In this document: piece after piece, positions 49,575 through 59,543 of the stretch
How positions within the stretch are numbered: position 1 is the first letter of the stretch
How the letters are laid out: each line of letters starts with the position of its first letter
DNA from: Candidatus Bathyarchaeia archaeon
GTDB taxonomy: Archaea > Thermoproteota > Bathyarchaeia > Bathyarchaeales > Bathycorpusculaceae
Reading direction: 5' to 3'
Assembly (NCBI GenBank): GCA_050015395.1
Contig: JBEKBM010000001.1
Location: 64,001 to 128,000, forward strand
Length of the DNA: 64,000 nt
Notes under the pieces: generated by a model
Database searches by the model: none
The model's input: the letters and a program-made list of their open reading frames with translations, nothing else
Told to the model about the DNA's origin: nothing
Translations under genes and position numbers: made by a program

Positions 49575-50645
49575 TTAGAGTTGGTAAATAAAGCGTTTTC
49601 CATGAGCCATGTCTTCGAGTTTTTGTCTTCCCTGAAGATGGAATTTTCTTATTAAAATTCTTCGATGGAGTCGTGCCTGCCTAACACGTTCAATAAACAG
49701 CTTATTCATGGTGAACAAATCTTTAATTGCACTTGCATAGGTAGCTTTTCTTTGTCTTGTTCGAGCCAGCTCGTATCTGAGTAAACTCCGTTGGAAGTGA
49801 GCAAAAAATATATAAAGCCAAAAAGAATATGGGGCGATCTTTAAATACATGGCGTGGAGGTTAAGCATCTCAAGCCTCAGATTTCTGTCGCTTATCAGAT
49901 TGCTGGCAGCTCGGCTACCTTTATGCTTGGCTTTTACATGGGGAATAAAAAGTAGCTTATAACCTGCACATGTCATCCGCCATCCAAGATCAACATCCTC
50001 ATAGTTGAAGATGAAGGTGCTGTCAAATCCGCCGACCCCTAAAAACGCGTCTTTTTTGACGAGCATAAATGCGCTCCTTAAGGATGGAACTTCATCTGTT
50101 TGCAGATTGCTTAGAATTTTGAGCGGCACTCCAGCGTTCCTACAATATGCAGTGTATCGGGTTCTATCCACCTTTTTTATGAAGTCTCCAGCCGAATCAA
50201 CAATTTCTGGTGCAAATCTAATAAGTAGAGGCTGAAGGCCTTGACACTTATCGGTTTGCAAATACTGCAGTAAAGGGTTTATGTCATCCACAACCATCGT
50301 GTCATCATCAGCGAAGAGAAGGATTGAAGAATCAGCCAATAGTGCTCCAAGGTTTCTTCCAAATGCAGGTTCTTTATCGTTTTCAGTGTTAATCAATACA
50401 AGTCTTACTTTTGTTAGATTCGGCTTGCCTTTTGACATGTCAAGCAAACTTTGCTCGGCGTCTTTCTCCGATTCGATTAAGTCTGTTACCAAAATAACTT
50501 CATATTTTATTGATAACCTACTTGTTGAATCCAATAAAAGGGTGACATATTTGTTGGGAAACTTTGGGAAAACTACAATAATACTTACAGTGGGTTCCCC
50601 TGTATTATTGGCGATACTTATTGTTTTCGAAATTACTCCTCCCAC
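49575..50645 (-). CDS. Glycosyltransferase family 2
   Basis: GRNLGA, FADDD, GGFD..F...YEDVDLGWR. Confidence 0.88.
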   Translation of the reverse strand: MGGVISKTISIANNTGEPTVSIIVVFPKFPNKYVTLLLDSTSRLSIKYEVILVTDLIESEKDAEQSLLDMSKGKPNLTKVRLVLINTENDKEPAFGRNLGALLADSSILLFADDDTMVVDDINPLLQYLQTDKCQGLQPLLIRFAPEIVDSAGDFIKKVDRTRYTAYCRNAGVPLKILSNLQTDEVPSLRSAFMLVKKDAFLGVGGFDSTFIFNYEDVDLGWRMTCAGYKLLFIPHVKAKHKGSRAASNLISDRNLRLEMLNLHAMYLKIAPYSFWLYIFFAHFQRSLLRYELARTRQRKATYASAIKDLFTMNKLFIERVRQARLHRRILIRKFHLQGRQKLEDMAHGKRFIYQL

Positions 50646-50715
50646 TGAAGTTTGCTTTGGCTAAGGCTAACGCTTAATGCATAGTGCCATGAAAGGTCTC
50701 TATTAATCTTTTGGA

Positions 50716-51864
50716 TTAACCTAGCTGAGTTCCTGTTAGTAAAGTTTGAACGTGAGACCATATTTTGCTTTGAAATGTTTCAGGAGTTAGAACGGAAATT
50801 TTACTCCATAATTGTTTGCGTTTATTTTCCCAACTTGCGCTTTCATTCTCCGATTCCATGTACTTAACAATTTTTTCTTTCAAATCATCATAGCTTTCCC
50901 ATCTGAACTCTTCAGGGATAAACTCTTTTATTCCTCCGCTATTATGAACCAGCGTGACGCAGCCGCTTGCTAAACCCTCAACGGGAGCTATGCCAAAGTG
51001 TTCTCCTTCCATCAAATGCACGTAAACCCTTGAGTCATGCAGAATTTTAAGCAGGTCTGTCCCTGGCAAGTTAGTTTTCAAAGTATAATTTTGGGCAAGG
51101 TTCTCGGAAAATTTGTTGAACCAATCTTTTTCTGCTTCAATTAATCCGCCGACGCTTACAAACTCGTATGATGGCAAGTCAACGGCTAACTTTTTCATTA
51201 TTTCGTGTCTTTTCACTGGAATAAAACGCGCCACATAGGTTACTCTTTTGCGCCTCTCCGATAGCGGCTTATCACACCAAAAATTATCCAAGTTCACAGG
51301 TGGGTAAACAACAATTGGGTCTTTTACGCCGTGTGTTTTCCAGTAGCGTTCAATCATTTCTCTGGTGTAGTTGCTGTTGCAGAAAACCAAATCAAGTTTA
51401 CTTGCTCCTTGTTCAACCCACTTCTTAAATAGCCAGAGGTAAACTTTTCTTTTCAGCTTAGCCCTGTCATAGTCAAAGTGTATTTCTGGAAAGTGAACGT
51501 ACGCAATGTTCTTCTTAGCCTTATTTAAGAAAACAGGTTCAAACGGGGAGGATGATTGTGTGGAAAACAAGTAATCATATTCCAAGCGGTCTCTATACCT
51601 TTTTAGTAATTTTGCAAAGTTTTGGCGTCTTTTGTAAATGGTGAAGGGTGGTTTAACCTCAATTCTTTTTCCCAAAGAATGAATAGTGACATTTTTAGGA
51701 AATTCTTCGCCTACAATCTCTCTATACCTGTTAGCGTCAAAATCGAAAGTCAGCAACTCTACTTTTTGTCTGTGGACAACTAAGGTTTTGATTACGTTGT
51801 GACATACTCTTTCGCCCCCGCCGTAAATATCCAAGTACGGGTGAATCACGAGAAACGTTGCCAA
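50716..51864 (-). CDS. Glycosyltransferase family 4, ALG11-like
   Basis: HPY....GGGERV, YVHFP, NSNYT, VYPP, EHFGI..VE..ASG and HNSGG. Confidence 0.88.
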   Translation of the reverse strand: MATFLVIHPYLDIYGGGERVCHNVIKTLVVHRQKVELLTFDFDANRYREIVGEEFPKNVTIHSLGKRIEVKPPFTIYKRRQNFAKLLKRYRDRLEYDYLFSTQSSSPFEPVFLNKAKKNIAYVHFPEIHFDYDRAKLKRKVYLWLFKKWVEQGASKLDLVFCNSNYTREMIERYWKTHGVKDPIVVYPPVNLDNFWCDKPLSERRKRVTYVARFIPVKRHEIMKKLAVDLPSYEFVSVGGLIEAEKDWFNKFSENLAQNYTLKTNLPGTDLLKILHDSRVYVHLMEGEHFGIAPVEGLASGCVTLVHNSGGIKEFIPEEFRWESYDDLKEKIVKYMESENESASWENKRKQLWSKISVLTPETFQSKIWSHVQTLLTGTQLG

Positions 51865-52188
51865 GTCATTCCAGCCTGATGTCTTACTCTCTTGATTATT
51901 TGATAAGCGTATTTAAATGGCACCTAATGAAGTTTTACTCAAAAGCTACCTATGCGGTAAGCCCTCTAGAATGCCTCAAACTAAAATATGACAAGGCTTA
52001 CATATAGCACGCTTGGCAATAACGCTATACCGAACCATCTTCCAAAGCAGGTGAAGCCTCTGGAAAAGCAAAAATCCGTCGCAATAATAGCCGTTAACTG
52101 GAACCAAAAGAAAACTTTAGCTGCCTGCCTTAAGCTCTTTGAAAAATAAAAGAAAAGGGGGAAATTAGTTTTTTTTCCTTGCGTGTGT

Positions 52189-54987
52189 TTATGGTTTTTT
52201 CCTGAGCATCAATAGAGCTAGTACAATAGCTACTACGATGATTACAACGAATAAGCCGGCGATTGCGGGAACAAAGTACATGTTAGCGACAGATGTCGGA
52301 GTAGCTGTTGGTGCGGTAGTAGCTGCAGGTGCCGGGTTAACTACGAAGTTGGATTCTGAGTATGATGGCCAGTAAGCGTTAGTTCCGTGGAATGTAGCGA
52401 TGACCATGTACGTTCCTGGTACATTTACAGTAGCAGTGTTATAATCGAAGCTGTAGTGGCCGCTCGCATCGCTTGTGACAGTGCCGAGGTCATGGTAGTT
52501 GCCGTTAGGGTCAATAATGGTGATGTCAACTGGTACGCCAGTAGTGTTTGACGGAATAGGATTCTGCATATACACGTATTCCATGTATGGAGTCATGCTT
52601 GCGTCAGAAACAGCTGCAACACCGTTTGGAAAGCGCGCCGCTATTGAAGACTGCGTAGTGCCAGCAGAAATGTCCAGTTCTGAGCCTTGTATCATTAAGC
52701 TTTGTCCCAAGGTGACACCTGATAATGGTGTTTCTACTGTTGTGGCTGTTGGTCCCATGCCGAAGGAGTAGATTTGGTTGTCGTAACCGTTTTCAGCTAT
52801 AAGGTAGCCGTCTGCCAGTGCGGTGCCACCAAGCATTCCAGCTGCATCCCAGAAGGTGATGTTCCAGATTGGTGCTCCGTTTGTTGCGTTCATGTCGCCT
52901 AGCATGAATCCGGCTTCAAGGTTTGGTCCTGGGCTGTGTTCCATTCCGTACCAGTACGCATTGCCTGATGCGAAAGCTCCGATGGTTGTGGGGAGGTTGT
53001 CCCAGTAGCCAGTATAGCCCATAGAAGGCGCTTTGTAGCTCCACAATAGCGCTCCAGTCGTAGTGTTGTAGGCGTATACGGTTCCGCCTTCGCCAATTGA
53101 GTCGCTGCTGTATAGCACGCCGTTATAGATGTTTGCTGAGGCGCCGTACATGTGGTTACTAACTTCAGATGCTGCTGATGTCCAGAGTAGTGCTCCTGTG
53201 GTTGCGCTATAGCCCATCCAAAGTGTTGTTTCTTTCTGGAATAATGTAAATACGCCGTTGCCTAGGGCTCCACCTTCGAGGGTTATGTTACCTGTTGGCC
53301 ATGGGTATGCTTGAGACCACACCACTTGGCCCATGGTAGCGGGGTTGGTGCTGATGGCAAATTGTGTGTAGCTAGCGGGTGTAGGATAACTTGTTTCACC
53401 GAGTATCGCTGCGGCTGTGCTGTATATGGCGAGTTGGTCTGCCTTGTCAAGGTATAAAAGTGATGCTGCAGATCCAGGCCCAAACATAGTCATAACAGTG
53501 GCAGTTGCAGCTGCAGGTAGAGTACCAGTGATATTATAAACAGTTGTGCCGACTGATGCGTCTACTTGTCCACCCAGTGGAGGTCTCCACATCCAGTAAC
53601 CGTTGGCAGCTACTGTTACGCTGTTTGAAGGATACGTGTCTTGGAGTGTTTTGGTGCTGTTCCATACGCTGAAGGTTTTGGCGAGGAGGTTGGCGGTGTA
53701 GATTATGAAACTACCGCTTGGGTCAGTAATCAGGCTTGAGGCCCCGAACATTGCTGAAGAGGCTGGCACATTCCAGAGATTGCATATCCAATTGCCGGTG
53801 AATGCGTCAAACATTGACCAGACGCTCGATCCGTTAGCGGCTGTCCAAATGCTCCAGAGATAGTCGATAGTACCGTGTTGATTGGGTGATTCGTAGTCAA
53901 GTTCCTGCCCCATGCTAAGTTGCGGATAACTCTGTCCGGCGAAGCCAAATCCTAATTGGAATGGACCTGTACTGTTTTGATACCAGACTTGTTGTCCAGT
54001 TTGTAAATTGACGTCAACGAAGCCGTACTCTGGTGGAGTAAGAATGTTATAGTAGAGTTGCCCACCCATGATTATTGGAGGCGCGAATTTTCCCTCATAT
54101 GAAAGACCTGTGTAGTAGTTGTCACCACCAGTAGCAATAGCACCTGTGTTACCTGCAACGCCTCCGAAGGTTATGGGTTTAGTCCATGCGATATGGGCGG
54201 TTGTTGGCGATTGTGTGTAGTCATTGAAGTTTGAGCCTATCTGGTTGATAGCTAGCCAGTCGCCTGTGATATAATCCCAGCTCGTGTGTCCACTTTGACT
54301 GACTGGATTACTCCAGTATTGAGTTGGTAACGGATAAGCGGGTGCGGATGGAATAGCCGTCGATTGCACGTTGACTGTAACTGCGCTGGATGTGTCAGGC
54401 TCGTAATAGTTGCCTATGCTACTGTAGCCTGTTACAAAAACGGACTCCCAAAAAGCCAATACCACAGAAGCCGGTGTGCCTGGGGGCATTCCTGCAGCGG
54501 CAGGGCCATATGCGGCATATTGCTGGGCTTCGGCGAGTTGTGCTGGGTTCAGATTATTGCCTGCGAGAAGTTGTCCAGGATAGACAAATTTGAATGTATA
54601 ATTACCTGTTGTTGCTGGAATGACGGTTTTGAAAATCGTGCCAACGGGGTCTGACGTGTAGGGTCCCAATGTTACTGTGGTGCCGTCTGGCTTCGTTTCG
54701 ATTATAGTTAGATTATACCATCGGTCACCGTATTCTCCGGTCGCGGTTGGTGGATAGTTGCTCATCCAAGCAAAGAGGCTGATTGTTTGACCGACGCCAG
54801 CGGGACTTGGGAAAGCATTAATGTAGGCATGTGATGGAATATCAACTTTGCCTGCAGCTGCTTGTGCGCCAACGAGTGGTACTAGAACTGCGAAAGAACT
54901 AGCAGCTAATATCAAAATTAAAGTAATTGCGCAAATTAATTTGTTTCCGCGGATTGTCAGTTTATTCATAGTGAAAGATTCAGACAT
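52189..54987 (-). CDS. Cell-surface PQQ-binding-like beta-propeller protein
   Basis: Signal peptide, repeated A.TG..LW/VW blade motifs, Ig-like C-terminal domain, Thr/Pro linker, TM anchor and basic tail. Confidence 0.85.
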   Translation of the reverse strand: MSESFTMNKLTIRGNKLICAITLILILAASSFAVLVPLVGAQAAAGKVDIPSHAYINAFPSPAGVGQTISLFAWMSNYPPTATGEYGDRWYNLTIIETKPDGTTVTLGPYTSDPVGTIFKTVIPATTGNYTFKFVYPGQLLAGNNLNPAQLAEAQQYAAYGPAAAGMPPGTPASVVLAFWESVFVTGYSSIGNYYEPDTSSAVTVNVQSTAIPSAPAYPLPTQYWSNPVSQSGHTSWDYITGDWLAINQIGSNFNDYTQSPTTAHIAWTKPITFGGVAGNTGAIATGGDNYYTGLSYEGKFAPPIIMGGQLYYNILTPPEYGFVDVNLQTGQQVWYQNSTGPFQLGFGFAGQSYPQLSMGQELDYESPNQHGTIDYLWSIWTAANGSSVWSMFDAFTGNWICNLWNVPASSAMFGASSLITDPSGSFIIYTANLLAKTFSVWNSTKTLQDTYPSNSVTVAANGYWMWRPPLGGQVDASVGTTVYNITGTLPAAATATVMTMFGPGSAASLLYLDKADQLAIYSTAAAILGETSYPTPASYTQFAISTNPATMGQVVWSQAYPWPTGNITLEGGALGNGVFTLFQKETTLWMGYSATTGALLWTSAASEVSNHMYGASANIYNGVLYSSDSIGEGGTVYAYNTTTGALLWSYKAPSMGYTGYWDNLPTTIGAFASGNAYWYGMEHSPGPNLEAGFMLGDMNATNGAPIWNITFWDAAGMLGGTALADGYLIAENGYDNQIYSFGMGPTATTVETPLSGVTLGQSLMIQGSELDISAGTTQSSIAARFPNGVAAVSDASMTPYMEYVYMQNPIPSNTTGVPVDITIIDPNGNYHDLGTVTSDASGHYSFDYNTATVNVPGTYMVIATFHGTNAYWPSYSESNFVVNPAPAATTAPTATPTSVANMYFVPAIAGLFVVIIVVAIVLALLMLRKKP

Positions 54988-55211
54988 TTTTCTTTTTCTC
55001 CTATATTTTATGGTAATAAAATAATACCAGTACTTAATTGGCGCTTTTGGTACTTAACGCTTTGCTGATCGGACGCCGAGCGACAGAAAACATGTGCATG
55101 CGCAACAAGCTGGCAGAAAGTAAACAGGCTAATAAAGCCTACAAAAAATGAAAACGCAGCCAAAAAGTGGCACCGAAACATCCATATTAAAGAATTGGGT
55201 TGCTACTGATT

Positions 55212-56057
55212 TTACTCCAGCTGCTTCCACAGAGAGCTGAAGTACACTTGAGAGAGAGCTACTACATTAGGGCTATTTGACCACAGGTGCAGTCCAGACG
55301 TTAAGCTTGCTGTGTTGTTGAAGGCGATGGCAACTTCCACGTTGTCAAAGATGGCCATCACTGCTGAAGGTGGGGATGGAATGGTTCTTAGTTTAAAGTT
55401 CAGATTTTTTGTTAATGCTTTAGTTACCCAGTTTGGGAGAGAGTCAGGTTGCGGTTTTTCCGTCACTACTCTAAAGGCTACGCCTTGTCCGAGGACACTT
55501 CCTATTTGATCCTCGAATAGGATGCTTGCTTGTTTGAACCGTTTCCAAGTGGTGACGACTTCCACGCCATGAAGAACGTTTTCCAGTGCATATCGATATT
55601 TTTTACCACGATCGCCCTCCGAAACAACACCCAAACAAGGACTCCCCACAAACATATCCGTATGCAAGGGAATTTGGCTAAATTTTTCCACAAGATGCTT
55701 TGTTTTTGCACGGATACTTTTGAGCTCATGGGCTTTCCGTTGAATTAGAGTTTCTAGGGCTTCGCCTATAGGAGTTGCAGTGAAAGTAGTTGGCGCGGTT
55801 AATTTTCTTTGTATTAAGCCCATGTCTTGGAGACTAGAAATTATCAAGTATATGTCTTGTCGGTTGACAAGGGAAACCTCGGCGATTGTTTTTGCCTTCG
55901 AGCTTCCTATCATGAGAAGCGCAAGGTATACCCTAGCTTGGCGAGCAGTGAGACCTAAACTGACCAAGGCATCGACATCTTCCTCTTCAATCTCCACCGC
56001 CGTATTTGACAAATTACTGAGCGTGTTGGTATGCGGTGGTTTCGATAAATACGACAT
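55212..56057 (-). CDS. TrmB family transcriptional regulator
   Basis: LGLT..QARVYLALL, I...S.VNRQDIY....L...GL, and a C-terminal effector domain (IFDN.EV, LWSN). Confidence 0.88.
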   Translation of the reverse strand: MSYLSKPPHTNTLSNLSNTAVEIEEEDVDALVSLGLTARQARVYLALLMIGSSKAKTIAEVSLVNRQDIYLIISSLQDMGLIQRKLTAPTTFTATPIGEALETLIQRKAHELKSIRAKTKHLVEKFSQIPLHTDMFVGSPCLGVVSEGDRGKKYRYALENVLHGVEVVTTWKRFKQASILFEDQIGSVLGQGVAFRVVTEKPQPDSLPNWVTKALTKNLNFKLRTIPSPPSAVMAIFDNVEVAIAFNNTASLTSGLHLWSNSPNVVALSQVYFSSLWKQLE

Positions 56058-56527
56058 CTTTCACTACCCCCGATTTTACAGCCTATCCTCAACCGTTGGT
56101 ATCAGACAAGCATCGATTTGCTTAAGCGAGGACGAAAATAGCGAAACGCTGTGATATTCGAAGTTTTCCATGATGATTTCATCTAATTGGATCATGTAAA
56201 CCTTTAAAGCCATATTCTCTCTTTCTAACCATATTAGACTTTCTGTTTTTGGCTGGAAATTTCTATGCGTTGCCAACAGGCGAAGGGTGGCGACGGCTGC
56301 TGGCGGCTTTGCATCGGTAGTGGTCTTAACGTTTTTAATGAGATCTTGGTCTTCAAAAAAGTGTGTTGTTCGGTAAAGGCTATATCCTTTCTTAACAAAG
56401 CTGCCGCTCTCTTGTCTAATTAGTCGTAAAAGAGGTCGTTTACATAGATTCAGTAAGTTGGAGCTTCTTAACGTAAGCTTTATGTGTTATCGAACCGTTT
56501 AAATGCACAATAAAAAGGGATTCATTA

Positions 56528-57829
56528 ATGAAAAAAGCCTCCGAGCTTGAAAAAGGCAAGCTAGAAGTTTACGGCTCGCGTGAAAATTGGCCGCCTTACA
56601 CGTATAGGGATTACCCAGACATAAAACCAGAAACATACCAAGTCTTCATTGAGTTCCTAAATACGGAAAATACGTCAGGCAGATTAATGGAGCTTCAACC
56701 GTGGATTTCTGTTTGCGATTCAAAATGCGCTTTTTGCTATTTTCCAACAACTCCCACAAGCAAGGTCAAAATGGAGTCCTATCTTGAACTGCTCAAGAAA
56801 GAACTCGAAATGTACGCTAAAACCAAGTATGTTAAGACAAGCGTGTTCGACGAAATAGTTTTAGGAGGCGGAACCCCCAGTGTCTTGACTGCTGAGCAGA
56901 TGATCGACCTAATAGATTTTTGCAAGGCAAAATTCAACATTAACAAGGAGTACTTTATCAAAGTAACTGGTTCCTCAAAGACACTTGCGCTCAAGAAAAT
57001 TGACAAACTCGCCGAGTACGGCGTGTACCAAGTGGACATGGGTGCACAAACATTTGACGATAAACTAAGGAAAAAGCTTTGCTTGCCCGACAGCGCGGCG
57101 GACGTTGAAAAAGCCGTTCGACACGCACGAAAACTGAATTTATGTGTATGCGTGGACCTCATGTACAATCTTCCTGGGCAGACAATGGAAAGCTGGATCA
57201 GTACGCTAAAGAAGGCGATTGAACTGGATGTGGAGATTGACACTTACTCGTTACATGTGGATCCAGGCACTATACTTAAAAAAATGATTGAGACAGGAGT
57301 TTCTCCGCCACAAGGAGATGCAGAGTATGAGAAGCAAATGTACCTTACCGCCTACAAAATGCTGACTGATGCAGGCTATAAGGCAGTAGGTCACGACCGC
57401 TTTAGCCGAGTCGAATGGCACATGCGAGAGAACTGTCTCAACGGATGGCCATGGGGAGGCATTCTCACAACAGGAGCCGGATGCTTCATGGGATACCTCC
57501 AGAAATTCTCTTACTCGAACATTGAAAACATAAACGATTACATGGCAACTGTAAAAGCAGGGAAACTACCAATAAGTAGACTTTCAGAGTCAACGACTGA
57601 AGATATGATGAGACGGACAATGACCCGATTATATCTACGGTTGCCAGTAAACAAAAAAGAATTTATGCAAAAATTTGGCACCACACCAGAGAAAGTCTTT
57701 CCAAAGCAACTTCAAAAGCTAAAAGATAAGGGATTAATTGAAATTGACGACAAAGAGGTTAGAATAACAAAGTTAGGTGAGATTTGGAAAGGAAATATTG
57801 CTTGGGAATTCGCACCTAACCAAACTTAA
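56528..57829 (+). CDS. HemN-like radical SAM protein, divergent
   Basis: CDSKCAFC, GGGTPS, GAQTF, DLMYNLPGQT and HemN-type C-terminus. Confidence 0.85.
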   Translation: MKKASELEKGKLEVYGSRENWPPYTYRDYPDIKPETYQVFIEFLNTENTSGRLMELQPWISVCDSKCAFCYFPTTPTSKVKMESYLELLKKELEMYAKTKYVKTSVFDEIVLGGGTPSVLTAEQMIDLIDFCKAKFNINKEYFIKVTGSSKTLALKKIDKLAEYGVYQVDMGAQTFDDKLRKKLCLPDSAADVEKAVRHARKLNLCVCVDLMYNLPGQTMESWISTLKKAIELDVEIDTYSLHVDPGTILKKMIETGVSPPQGDAEYEKQMYLTAYKMLTDAGYKAVGHDRFSRVEWHMRENCLNGWPWGGILTTGAGCFMGYLQKFSYSNIENINDYMATVKAGKLPISRLSESTTEDMMRRTMTRLYLRLPVNKKEFMQKFGTTPEKVFPKQLQKLKDKGLIEIDDKEVRITKLGEIWKGNIAWEFAPNQT

Positions 57830-58332
57830 TTTTTTTTCCTTGGTGCCATTAACGTCATAATAAACGCTTGTTTGCGAAGCCGGCTTATCCAAAAAGACAT
57901 CCTCATTTGTATGTGATTAACTTAGCTGCAATTTTATCGCAAATAAATTAGTGTGTTTTAGCCTCAGTTCGGTCTCCCGTTTTGTAATTTGGTTTTTAAC
58001 CCTGCAGGTTCACTAACGAAAATGCCTTTTTTAGACTTTTCTGGACTTTTTTCAGACGTTTAGCGACGCAACTTGCAAACAGTTCAAGCCCTGAACCAAA
58101 AAAGCAATCTGAAAAGGCTTTCAGAAAACAGGGAGAAAGCCATCATTTTTGCAATATTTTTCCTACACATTAATGCAGCGCTATGAGAACATCGCCTAAT
58201 CATAACTAGTTCTTGGTCAAAAAGCGGGTAGCTAAATACACTCGTACCTTTTAATTTAAAACTGGATTATTGCAATCGCAACTAAAAAATTAAACGCTTT
58301 TGGGTTAAAAAAGAAAAGGAATTGGGATTTTA

Positions 58333-59007
58333 TTAATGCCTCATCGGCTGAAGCCCATACCAGGTCATCACTTTAGCAATAATAGGTACTATTACGCCTA
58401 AAGCAATGCTAGGAACGAATTCCAACACGAAGCCATACAATCCAGCTACCCCTAGAATAGATGTGTCTGCCCAAAGTCCATGATTCATGGACAGCGCCGG
58501 TGCGAGTGCAACAGTGGAGTTGAGATAAGCTTGGATTATTGCAGTTATCACCGCAGCTGTTAAGCCTGCACCTAGCATGCGTTTGAAATTCGTTGATTTA
58601 TTGCACAATGCTCCAGCCATATAACCGATGATAACAGCGTTAACGAGGTATCCTAGCATGCTCATGTCGCCGAAAAAGTTGTAATGCCCAGAGGAAGCTT
58701 CATAGTACCCTGTATAAAGCCCTGCGCTGGCTACGTAATACATGCCGCCCGTGATAAATCCTGCTGCGCCGCCAGCCCATTTGTTCCAGAGCAAGCCTAG
58801 CACTAGTGGGATGCCGAGAACGATCATTTGAGCAAAGCCAGAGGTTATAATGACACCAATGGTAGCGATTGTACCAGTAGTTCCGAGTATATGATGGGTT
58901 CCGCTGACGTTGACATAGATTGCTAGAAAGAAGATTAGTAGCACTAGAATGAGGGGTATGATTATGGCGTAGAATATGTCAGCCAGTTTAAATTTTTCTG
59001 TTTCCAA
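58333..59007 (-). CDS. Membrane protein, ECF S-component-like
   Basis: Five to six TM segments in 224 aa with a GLLW..WAG..AG pattern. Confidence 0.55.
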   Translation of the reverse strand: METEKFKLADIFYAIIIPLILVLLIFFLAIYVNVSGTHHILGTTGTIATIGVIITSGFAQMIVLGIPLVLGLLWNKWAGGAAGFITGGMYYVASAGLYTGYYEASSGHYNFFGDMSMLGYLVNAVIIGYMAGALCNKSTNFKRMLGAGLTAAVITAIIQAYLNSTVALAPALSMNHGLWADTSILGVAGLYGFVLEFVPSIALGVIVPIIAKVMTWYGLQPMRH

Positions 59008-59297
59008 TTTTTATCCCTTGACTTATTTTACGTGGTGGCATGTTTATAAGCTTAATGCTTGCAAGCTTGGCATACAAGTGTTTCTGAAGCTAAAAATACA
59101 GCGCTGAACAAACGTGAGTATTTAGCTCTTGTTTTTTCTTATTTTCGTTTTAGTGATTTCTTGCTTAAATCAATCATGATAACGCTTCGCGGTACCCTTT
59201 TTACCTATGAAGACTGAAAAATATTTGGAGCAGATTTGAACATCTGACAGTAAAGTCTATGTTAATTGTGCCAAAAAAGTACATGGATAAAACACGT

Positions 59298-59380
59298 TTC
59301 TATGTTGAAAGTGCGGGCATTAATTCTATGTTGAACTATGTTGAATCATATTTGAAGCATATTAGAAGCATCTAGTAGAC
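59298..59380. repeat. Drifting 10-11 bp repeat array
   Basis: CTATGTTGAA x3, followed by CATATTTGAA, GCATATTAGAA and GCATCTAGTAG. Confidence 0.7.
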
Positions 59381-59543
59381 CGGGGGGTAGGCTTGAGCAC
59401 ACACACAAATACCCTAAGACAAAAGCCAGGAGCCAAATACATACGAACAAACAATAAAAGTACAAAGCTTTAAAAAAACGTCAATTTAAAGAAGCTTTTT
59501 ATTAAATGGCATAAAATAAAAGAAAAGAGAAAGGAAATGAAGT

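Noticed and set aside
56076-56370. 66 aa ORF and upstream open frame with faint similarity to a TrmB C-terminal domain (KPPAAVA...LIW)
   Set aside because: The similarity is too weak to call without a profile search.
59380-59392. G-string considered as an ORB replication-origin box
   Set aside because: The TCCA..GAAAC core is missing and there is no cdc6/orc1 gene nearby.
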